A stretch of 64,000 nucleotides of DNA from a virus. Under the pieces are notes generated by a model. It saw only the letters and a program-made list of their open reading frames with translations. It was not told the origin of the DNA and searched no databases. The DNA lies in IMG/VR virus record IMGVR_UViG_3300042351_000809. One strand, 5' to 3'. This document shows, one piece after another, positions 58,101 through 64,000 of the stretch. The position numbers and the translations under genes are program-made. Numbering within the stretch: position 1 is the first letter of the stretch; each line of letters begins with the position of its first letter.

Positions 58101-59937
58101 TTGTGCCTCTATTGTAACCCAAAGTATCTTCGCTGACAGCATAAATTGCTGAAGTTTTCCCTAAGCTATTTGAAAGAGAATCGACCGCTCCAATAAATTT
58201 AATACCCCATTTTGCTCCAATATTAGAAGTTGTCGCTGAATTAACGCCATAAGGAGCATTTAAAATTAATAAATCATTTGTAGAACCCGAATTCATCAAA
58301 GCACTTTCAGAAGAAGTACCTAATTGAATTCTTGTTCCTGTTGCAGTAGTTTCTACTACATGTAATTTAGAAGTAGGCGAAGTCGTATTTATGCCTACGT
58401 CACCACTAGGATCAATATAAACGGCATTAGTTAGACCATTTGTTTGAAAGTATAAATCTGAACCACCTAATATTAAACTTTGATAAGAGCTAGATAAAGT
58501 ATTATCTACGCCCTGTATATAAGTGCCAGCAGAGTTGAGATTAAATCTTACTCCTTTAGTTGCACCTGCCACAGAAAAAGCATATGTACTATCAGGACTT
58601 ACAACATGTAATCTACCATTTGGAGTAACTGTACCTATTCCTACATTTCCTCCAGAAGTTATACTCATTAAAGTACTTCTTCCGCCACCACCAACAGAAG
58701 TCTGAGTACTAAAATATAAACTTTGACCACTTGCCCAATCAAAATAATTTATTCCATTATTTCTAAACAAAGAAAGTCTAGAGTTATTTCCTTCGCTAAT
58801 TAATTCTCCGCTTGCTCTTACTGATCCAATTACATCTAATTTATAACCGGGGTTACCTATTCCAATTCCTGCGTTTCCACTAACTAATAAATTTGAGGTT
58901 ATATTGGTAGTGCCATTTATTTTTGAATCACCAAATACTTCAAAAGTATCAGAAGACTGAGAGTGCGCTCCAAATCTTACTAGATTTATGTATTGATTAG
59001 CAGTGCCTCCCGCTTGTTGTAAGTATAAAGGAATATTTGAGGAGCGATCTACTTTTATGAATCTATGTCTATATTGACCATTTGTATATGTATTATGATC
59101 GAAAACTAAACCAAAAACTCCAGTAGCATTTGGATATGAGTTTGTATCGGGAATTCCTGATTGGGCGGTAAATCCCATATTTCTTAAATGCAATTGACCC
59201 GATGGAGTAGTTATGCCTATTCCAACATAGCCGCCATTTGGATTTAATAAAAGTGGATAAGTTGCAGATAAACTAGTTTCATCAGTTGATTGTATCCATC
59301 CACCTAAACCTCCTCCTCTGATACCAAAATCTATTACTGCATTATCCGTGGTATTACTAATTCTAAATATACCGCTTTGAGTTGTGCCTACAGAAGCAGG
59401 ATTACCAACGGTTCCATCAACTTGAAATTTTTGAACTGGGTTAATGCCAATACCTAAACTACCATCTATTTTTAAAGCCCCCGCTGCTGATCTGTATAAA
59501 TTTGCAGTAGAATCTCCACCAAAAGTCAAGCCACTTGCCGCAGAAGTAGAACCTGCACCACCAACAGACAAAAGGGTTGTTGGACTAATAGTACCTATTC
59601 CAACATTTGTACCATTATCATATATACTTCCAGTAATTAATAACTTGCTCCCATTCCAACGAGGAACATAATTAGTAATACCATTTCCTGATAGGAAAGT
59701 ATCATTCGCATATCCACTTAAAGAATTAATTCTATTATTTAATAACGTTCCAGTAGCAGCAATCTGCCCACTTAAAGCAGCAAGATCAGCATTACTTGAA
59801 TCTGCTTGCCACATTACGCCAGACGACGTAGCTGTTAGGACTTGGCCATTAGCTCCTATACTATTCGAACGGTCAAATATAAAACCAGATATCTGAACGC
59901 CCGTAGCGAATAATTCATCTATAGCAAATTGCGCCAT
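52138..59937 (-). CDS. Giant mosaic trimeric fibre protein B (2599 aa) with C-terminal intramolecular-chaperone-like domain
   Basis: GNVGIGT repeats; C-terminal TKSFDIVHP...LEGPENGVYYRG...LPHYW...FAERKD as in many phage fibres. Confidence 0.85.
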   Translation of the reverse strand: MAQFAIDELFATGVQISGFIFDRSNSIGANGQVLTATSSGVMWQADSSNADLAALSGQIAATGTLLNNRINSLSGYANDTFLSGNGITNYVPRWNGSKLLITGSIYDNGTNVGIGTISPTTLLSVGGAGSTSAASGLTFGGDSTANLYRSAAGALKIDGSLGIGINPVQKFQVDGTVGNPASVGTTQSGIFRISNTTDNAVIDFGIRGGGLGGWIQSTDETSLSATYPLLLNPNGGYVGIGITTPSGQLHLRNMGFTAQSGIPDTNSYPNATGVFGLVFDHNTYTNGQYRHRFIKVDRSSNIPLYLQQAGGTANQYINLVRFGAHSQSSDTFEVFGDSKINGTTNITSNLLVSGNAGIGIGNPGYKLDVIGSVRASGELISEGNNSRLSLFRNNGINYFDWASGQSLYFSTQTSVGGGGRSTLMSITSGGNVGIGTVTPNGRLHVVSPDSTYAFSVAGATKGVRFNLNSAGTYIQGVDNTLSSSYQSLILGGSDLYFQTNGLTNAVYIDPSGDVGINTTSPTSKLHVVETTATGTRIQLGTSSESALMNSGSTNDLLILNAPYGVNSATTSNIGAKWGIKFIGAVDSLSNSLGKTSAIYAVSEDTLGYNRGTSLAFYTNQLNDQTYAERMRIYHNGNIGIGTTAPEQKLHIASSAAFAAIKFSNSTNSAGIISYSADNLYFYTSNTQRLTIDTNGNVGIGTTNPLRKLHITSSDNQLVFISGSTAGTWMDFQSSTSNLWSAGADGTNGFAIFNRTTNANAVTVANGGNVGIGTTNPTVKLHIINSGTVSSIATVRLVGSTGNNAGSQIEFYKAQTPEASIGLASAVTGGLSDDLILLSANPNSIVLSAGASGISVFKADGKVGIGTINPQTLLSLGGLGSTSAASGLTFGGDAQANLYRSAEDTIKTDGSLVVTSNGTFAGNVGIGTTGPLTALDVRGRARVQNNTAGTAFYVQQDDGSNDVVEFYRNTTSNFILKSNGNVGIGLSNPAVKLDVSGGNARFSDYIIVGEDLAYPSNTGSAYLGYTANTAFAPQSNLELIDALSNAIGVNDPLRFKTTLSGQYFSGDNWYADPAPLSYRNLLDGNATSYLDVVTSSEYSVGISGKRFVVDLADYYRRPNFILLNTDWSQNWWGFKLNVENSNDLVNWTNCITEQNFPTNNTRGTIALSVANSIQAGGISRYFRFSFVANQAISAGALRVNKIRSLGNQNYSSVIPVSTSSTGHLIASVGIISPTITSLSGNLATTGSTLDSKINSLSGYSNANFATILNLAATGSVLDTKINSLSGYAGNTFLSGVGVSNYVPRWSGTKQLVTGSIYDNGTGVGIGTTNPAVNFEVLGASETAGTIRINGGKVNVLAVGEINSALEFAQRDLSISGIVAGKIASISEFSNGAYAGLGFYTAKQSRTPELQEAVRINYDGNVGIGTTNPAQKLEVSGNIKLTDGGYIYGDTTAPYLRLNQANGTYLAYSTTSVLALLGSVTTLSAGSNYLGLITNGSERFRISSNGNVGIGTTNPVSALHIYSGNGTSQIFNQLQLTNMGTPNQGDIVGIGFAAGESTVYGVKGSVGFVRTNNYGRGALTFYTNNTAGTESVSTANERVRIQADGNVGIGTNVTPLKLNVSGSIYMAAGSGSAISWANDISSQYLKYDSVIDGMILSSWNHTTFHTQQTERVRITSDGKLGIGTNIPTTLLSVGGVGSTSAASGLTFGGDAQVNLYRASEDLLKTDAAFTAASLSSSSYIYAASYLQTALGEIYGGAPYGTLSVFVGNVAQNAWETALYIGRGSYVGIGTTQPTGKLHVVSSVAGETVLRADGTNGTLFSVTDDLSDSLMSVNNSAGLPVFEVFADDRVVAGQYGSGDFVLVNNKVGIGNTNPSFKLDVNGSLGINASTSDTNWPFVVSDNSSSGSRYGLNKVGSMGFNYADAYAQLQLLGANGAYIDFTNSVGGDSNARLIYYAGNRLDLTYGFVTKGTISLNSNGIGIGTTSPVVALDVVGPIGSFPIAAGTTATGVNLRLRNSDSNLVLDIGGNGGNGNWLQSTSRVDLSLGYPLLLNPNGGNVGIGTTAPSYKLDVQKTSDGTIGYFRRIGATINPALAIYANESSNTVGLNTDYAGAVSPAITFSIASSEKVRIANDGNVGIGTIAPTGVLTIHSNGTQLRLQTASGPGAYFANISSIYDATHPFTIAVANNSASATEFFGIYADGGGANNRAVFPNGNVGIGLTNPSAKLHVTGSNGDEVQIGTIGSAQIVGGRTGGSFSILTKSTSNGNLILAANAAMYLRTNTSNESLYIAANGNVGIGTTNPDKKLVVIGTAYISGLLDVSSAGATSNTEGIRFGGDSEANLYRSATDTLKTDGSLVVNGNFSTNTVTVTTLNINAGLLPGIPAGSTITGFTYAVNNGNVSQINFVETRFATGGDWTTASTKIQKRTDVTNQAYIEFNPSGSLYGMAFGVGVGNTEAMRIASNGTIGIGITSTSYKLQVNGSFAATTKSFDIVHPTVSGKRLTYASLEGPENGVYYRGQNNNNEIDLPHYWSGLVHDDSITVNLTAVGKRKDGKIRNYSVDQIGHNKVYIYTDSDDNIYNYYYTIFAERKDVSKLVIERDME
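56081..56214. repeat. Imperfect direct repeat, 84-bp period, inside fibre B
   Basis: TAACCGCTCAGAGAGTT at 56081 and 56165, encoding NLAxTGSxLDxKINSLSGY twice. Confidence 0.85.
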
Positions 59938-59957
59938 TTTAAAACCTTATACCTTAT

Positions 59958-59969
59958 TATTATTTACAC
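59958..59969 (-). promoter_or_regulatory. Putative late promoter GTGTAAATAATA for the fibre operon
   Basis: TATTATTTACACAAAAAA is identical at 11140 and 59958. Confidence 0.7.
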
Positions 59970-60010
59970 AAAAAAATCTTTAGCCCCCTAAAAATCGAGA
60001 GCTAAAGATT
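59970..60010 (-). terminator. Intrinsic terminator
   Basis: AATCTTTAGCTC...GGGCTAAAGATT hairpin with U tract abutting the promoter motif. Confidence 0.8.
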
Positions 60011-60037
60011 GCGTTTCTAATATTTTGATCTAATATT

Positions 60038-60262
60038 TTAGACCTGCATCTTTGGGAATGGAGGGATTTCTGGACCCTTTGCCCCATTAATTGCGGCTTG
60101 AAGAGCAGCGGTACACTTATCAAGATATACATGCTCATCATAACTCAATCTGCTTTGACGAGCTAGACCTACAAAAGTGTTTAGCGCAACTTGTGCAGTA
60201 GGATCTGGCAAGTCTTTGACGGATGGAGGTTGCTGTGGTTGCTGTTGATTAGTCTGTTCCAT
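60038..60262 (-). CDS. Hypothetical protein (74 aa)
   Basis: Compact ORF in operon with 60272..60628, followed by a terminator. Confidence 0.6.
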   Translation of the reverse strand: MEQTNQQQPQQPPSVKDLPDPTAQVALNTFVGLARQSRLSYDEHVYLDKCTAALQAAINGAKGPEIPPFPKMQV

Positions 60263-60271
60263 ATATTTGTA

Positions 60272-60628
60272 TTATCTTCCTTCGGCTAAAATTCGCTTTG
60301 CAATATCAGAAACACTAGTATCAGTAACTCTTTTATTTGTAGATACTTTTAAATAAGAGTTATTGTGTCTGCGAAATTCATTCAATAATCGTTCTCTCAA
60401 CATCTTCATGTTATCAATGGGAATGAGATTCATTTTGAGAGCATGATTTTGAAGATCGCTTTTAGTCATTGCGTTTAGCTGACTCCAATATTCGTCTTCA
60501 TTAAAAGTACCATACTTATCTGATCCAGAGTCGCCAAGAATCTGATCAAGAGTTTGATACTCCTTTTCTTCGATCTTGGCATGAGTCTGACTTAGCTCTT
60601 CTAAATTTTGCTTCTTCTTTTTAGCCAT
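60272..60628 (-). CDS. Hypothetical protein (118 aa)
   Basis: ORF downstream of the capsid terminator; LNAMTKSDLQNHA suggests a small helical domain. Confidence 0.6.
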   Translation of the reverse strand: MAKKKKQNLEELSQTHAKIEEKEYQTLDQILGDSGSDKYGTFNEDEYWSQLNAMTKSDLQNHALKMNLIPIDNMKMLRERLLNEFRRHNNSYLKVSTNKRVTDTSVSDIAKRILAEGR

Positions 60629-60664
60629 ACCATATACTAATGTATATAAACAAAAATATAAAAT

Positions 60665-60694
60665 AAAAAACCCCGGAGGGTTGCCTCCGGGGTT
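60665..60694 (-). terminator. Intrinsic terminator after the major capsid gene
   Basis: CCCCGGAGG-CAAC-CCTCCGGGG followed by TTTTTT. Confidence 0.9.
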
Positions 60695-60713
60695 AAAACT
60701 AAAGAAGTTTTAA

Positions 60714-61859
60714 TTAGTTGGTGATAACGCCACCGATTGCGCGAGCGTCAACACAAATGCGACCTTCCTCTAGGAAGCCATAGAAACCAGTCTTCTCTGC
60801 GCGAGAGATAAATTGGTCATCAGGGAGAACAGTGAGTTGACCACCGCTCTCAGCGTTAGTAGCGACAGGGCGAATGAAGGCATCGCGGCTCAAGTCAAGA
60901 CCGATTGAGAGGTCATGAGAAGCAGTGGCGAAGGTAATAGCATTTGCTCCATTGATGTCAGGATAAGTGGTTACGTCAAATGAATCAAATAGAGTGTTAT
61001 ACTTTTGGTTCTTACCGAGTTCGACTAGTTCGATAATGTTAATACCGAACAAGCTCTCCATTCCGCCACCTCTATAAATCTCAGTGCGGACATCTTCAGA
61101 CAATTGAGTTTGAGTAGTAGAAGAAGTTCCGAAAAGAGGATTAAATGAGAAAGCGCGGATCTTAGCCTTGATTTCAGGGCTAATGAAGAGATCAGTCAAT
61201 CCGCGAGCAGAAGCATCAGAAGGAGTGCCGCCAGCGAATGAAACATTAATTCTCTTAAAGCGGAGAATCAAGTCGTTCAAGCAGCCCATATCAAAAGCTC
61301 TTGCACCACCAGTTGGAGCGATAAGATGCTTCAAAGCTCCAGAGGTTGAATAAGGAATTGAGCGACCATTCAAGGTAGCAGCAGCACCGAGAGCCTTTAG
61401 AATAACAGCCCACGCATTGCGCTCTTGCTTAACAAGAACCTCTTGAGCCATACGATCCAAAGCTCCGCTAACTACGTCAAGACGAGCTTTGCGAGCATAC
61501 TTCTTGTTGAAAGAAACGGCAGAGTCAAGACGATAAGTAGCGATCTTCAACTCTTGAACTGGTTGATCCATGTAGTTAGTGGGTAGACCACCAGCGACAT
61601 TTTGTGACCAAACGGAAACTAGACCAGCAGCCTCATTGTAATAAAGGTCAAGAGGATAAGAAGGACTATCATCCTCATTAAACTCCATATCTCTATAGAT
61701 CATACCGGCAGTACCAGCTTGAGCGAGTACCTTTTGGATAACTGGTCCAACGAAAGCGGCCAAAGCTTCCATAGCTTCAGCGGACTCAACAACATTGCGA
61801 GAACCAACCTTTTTGATTAGCTCTACTTGTTCTGGCGTATTTTTTAATTTAAGTCTCAT
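60714..61859 (-). CDS. Major capsid protein (probable HK97 fold)
   Basis: 381 aa, follows protease and decoration genes, strong terminator, distinct codon usage; LFISPE, LFGINIIEL and GFYGFLEEG patterns. Confidence 0.8.
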   Translation of the reverse strand: MRLKLKNTPEQVELIKKVGSRNVVESAEAMEALAAFVGPVIQKVLAQAGTAGMIYRDMEFNEDDSPSYPLDLYYNEAAGLVSVWSQNVAGGLPTNYMDQPVQELKIATYRLDSAVSFNKKYARKARLDVVSGALDRMAQEVLVKQERNAWAVILKALGAAATLNGRSIPYSTSGALKHLIAPTGGARAFDMGCLNDLILRFKRINVSFAGGTPSDASARGLTDLFISPEIKAKIRAFSFNPLFGTSSTTQTQLSEDVRTEIYRGGGMESLFGINIIELVELGKNQKYNTLFDSFDVTTYPDINGANAITFATASHDLSIGLDLSRDAFIRPVATNAESGGQLTVLPDDQFISRAEKTGFYGFLEEGRICVDARAIGGVITN

Positions 61860-61896
61860 ATTATTTAGTTAATTAGTTAGTTGTTATTATTGCTTA

Positions 61897-62466
61897 TTAT
61901 AGGTCGAGGTTCAATAATGCATAACCATCATCATCAGCAGAACCTAAATAAGTTCCAACTTTAGCACCACCGCTACCACCATAAATAGTAGCATTGGTTT
62001 CCAATTCACCATTAGCGTTAATGAAAGCAGAGTTACCAGCAGTAGCTCCAGTTGCATAAGCCAAGATGACGCCACGCTTGAGAACTGGTACGGTTTGTCC
62101 AGAGACAACGGCACTCAATTCAGCAGCTTTGCGAGGGTTATAGATTAGTTTCTCGCCGTTTTCGTCTGTTTCACGAACGTCATTGAGAAGAAGTCCGACA
62201 ACCTTACCCAAGTCGCCAGTACCAGCAGTGGTAACGCGAGCAGTGGTAGAATAACGATCAGAAACTACGTTGCTGTAAGAAGCTCCAACAGCAGTAGCTG
62301 ATGTAATATTTAGAGCATCATCGGTATTTTTCCAACCGGCTCCAAGAACTTTAACGAAAGTTCCTTTGTTTACAGTTTCGAGATCGAAAGCGAACATGTT
62401 GATAACTTCATGCTCACCATAACCACGAAATGGTTTAATTAATCTTTTAGTAGATGAATATGGCAT
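61897..62466 (-). CDS. Capsid decoration / cement protein
   Basis: Between scaffold and capsid genes; Gly/Ala-rich beta pattern (VVSGQTVPVLKRG, KVGTYLG). Confidence 0.6.
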   Translation of the reverse strand: MPYSSTKRLIKPFRGYGEHEVINMFAFDLETVNKGTFVKVLGAGWKNTDDALNITSATAVGASYSNVVSDRYSTTARVTTAGTGDLGKVVGLLLNDVRETDENGEKLIYNPRKAAELSAVVSGQTVPVLKRGVILAYATGATAGNSAFINANGELETNATIYGGSGGAKVGTYLGSADDDGYALLNLDL

Positions 62467-62497
62467 AGTGTTTTCCTATTATATATTTATTGTTTGT

Positions 62498-63967
62498 TTA
62501 TTTTGTAATAACGAAGCCTTCGTCATTAAAAGCTGATTGATATTTTTGCTTAATTGTCTTTGATGGAGCAACAACGCCAGCAGTGATCTTGTCAGCTTGC
62601 TGAGTTCCATTGCTGATAGCATCATCAACGACAGTAGCATTTTCGGTAGAAGCAACAACTTGGTTATCCTCTGTAGCCATTGTCTCTTTTTTCTCTTGTT
62701 TTGGCATCTTAGAAGCTTTATAAGCCTTGTTCTTCTCCTTCATTAGAACGCCCATTTTCTTTTTGTAGGCGGCGAAAGAATCCTCATCCAAATCTCTGAT
62801 ATCGTTAGCAATTACTTCTCTATCTTCTGAATCAAGATCGAACTCCTCATCAAGTCCAGCCATTCTGGAAGAAAATAGTTCTTGCTTCTCCTTAGAAGCT
62901 TTTTCTTGTTGTAGGGTTTCTAAAGATTGCTTGAGAGCCTCAAGCTCCTTCTTTAGGTTTTCAGAATCGGCAGAGAGACTAGTATACTTCTCTTCAGCGT
63001 CCTTGATTGCGTCTTCTTTAGCTTTCTTTTCAGCAGCAAATTTCTCAGAGGCTTCCTTGAGTTGCTCTCCGATAAAATCTCTGATGGAAGAAGCGGTTGC
63101 TTCTTTAAGCAAGTCATCAGTAATTTGCGATACTTCAGATATTTTCATATTCTTTCTTTCGATAATTACATTAGATTCTAAGGTTTGTGAAATTTCTTCT
63201 GCTTTTTGCTGCACTATTTCTTCTGATTCTGGTTTTTTGACACTAACGCCGACAACATCAGCAGCAGGATTTGCAGTTAAACCAATTCCGAGGGGAAGTA
63301 CTCTTCCTTTAATTTTACGGTAAACAGATTGATTTTCGCTTAGTCTTCCACTACCACCGTATCCAGTTAATTTACCTTTAATCTTCTCAATCTCTTCTTT
63401 GTTGGAAATGATAGAAGCATTTTCAATATTCTTCTCGCCTCCTTCTAAAACAGCTATTTCAAAGTCATTAAATCCCAACTCCCAAGAAGCACTAACCTTC
63501 ATGTAATTATTGGACGTAGGATCGTTTGACTCTTCTATTGTATTTGCGAGATCTTTATTTACTATTTTCCAAATGACACCGCCAAGAGTAACATTATATG
63601 GTTCTTTTTTATCTTTTACTTGCTCTTCTGTAAGAGGCAAATCAGTTCCAAACTCAGAAAATCCTGCTGATAAAATAACGCCAACTATATTTGAGCGATT
63701 ATGTTCAATGTTAATTGGCTTATTTATAAAATTTTTATATACTTCAGTAGCGATAGAAGAATCAATTACGTCTCCATTTTTATTAACACGATTTACAACG
63801 CAAGCATTAAAAGCAATAGGCAAAAGGTCCATATTAGACTCAGCATTAACTTCAGGAATGAAATTCCCTACATCAACTAAGCTGGCTAATGATAGATATT
63901 TATCTTTTTCCTCAGATACTAAAGGTCTTATTGAGGAACTAAATGTTGTTAAAAAATCAAAATTCAT
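62498..63967 (-). CDS. Prohead protease fused to coiled-coil scaffold
   Basis: NKNGD, INIEH...IVG, SASWE and GIGLTANPA motifs of phage maturation proteases; long charged coiled-coil C-terminal half. Confidence 0.75.
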   Translation of the reverse strand: MNFDFLTTFSSSIRPLVSEEKDKYLSLASLVDVGNFIPEVNAESNMDLLPIAFNACVVNRVNKNGDVIDSSIATEVYKNFINKPINIEHNRSNIVGVILSAGFSEFGTDLPLTEEQVKDKKEPYNVTLGGVIWKIVNKDLANTIEESNDPTSNNYMKVSASWELGFNDFEIAVLEGGEKNIENASIISNKEEIEKIKGKLTGYGGSGRLSENQSVYRKIKGRVLPLGIGLTANPAADVVGVSVKKPESEEIVQQKAEEISQTLESNVIIERKNMKISEVSQITDDLLKEATASSIRDFIGEQLKEASEKFAAEKKAKEDAIKDAEEKYTSLSADSENLKKELEALKQSLETLQQEKASKEKQELFSSRMAGLDEEFDLDSEDREVIANDIRDLDEDSFAAYKKKMGVLMKEKNKAYKASKMPKQEKKETMATEDNQVVASTENATVVDDAISNGTQQADKITAGVVAPSKTIKQKYQSAFNDEGFVITK

Positions 63968-64000
63968 ATTTATTCTAGGAAATAATTAATACTGCCGATT

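Noticed and set aside
60016-60040. Short direct repeat TCTAATATTTT (twice, also near 38959)
   Set aside because: Very AT-rich and short; expected by chance at this base composition.
3605-63989. Short opposite-strand or nested ORFs in the track (e.g. 14459..14908, 26919..27329, 62931..63323, 63510..63989)
   Set aside because: They lie within long well-supported genes, lack recognisable motifs and are best explained as shadow ORFs.
1-64000. Stop-codon reassignment
   Set aside because: Standard code gives long, densely packed ORFs, and TAA, TAG and TGA all end genes at sensible boundaries.
1-64000. CRISPR array, tRNA, rRNA or contractile tail sheath
   Set aside because: Intergenic gaps are all short and explained by terminators or promoters; no repeat-spacer array, cloverleaf or sheath-like protein was recognised.

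Overview
This 64-kb window is part of a large, AT-rich tailed bacteriophage genome with a siphovirus-type (non-contractile) morphogenesis region; no host housekeeping, rRNA, tRNA or CRISPR features were seen. On the minus strand, right to left: prohead protease/scaffold, decoration protein, major capsid protein, two ~2600-aa mosaic GNVGIGT-repeat fibres, three LamG proteins, an Ig protein, neck genes, major tail tube protein, two paralogous tail assembly chaperones and a 2630-aa tape measure protein (TMP). A lambda-like tail tip block (M, L, K, K', I, J, two accessory genes) is on the plus strand, divergent from three tail-tube paralogues and a 1836-aa IPT/TIG protein. The left end has glycosyltransferases and a Rad52-like gene. 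Main observations: (1) the tail chaperone G/GT pair appears to be two paralogous genes separated by a terminator, not a frameshift; (2) the TMP carries a possible PD-(D/E)xK-like cargo bracketed by repeated G(Y/F)xPNF modules; (3) two intact JAB/NlpC proteases lie beside two proteins with I-x-G-x-GGGG motifs; (4) several virion proteins are strongly enriched in S/T-G dipeptides, next to phage glycosyltransferases including a split GT9; (5) a GTGTAA(A/T) late-promoter motif and an AGG-N4-AGG leader motif recur; (6) there are four tail-tube paralogues plus a possible remnant of a fifth. All product calls come from motif recognition and synteny, without database searches.
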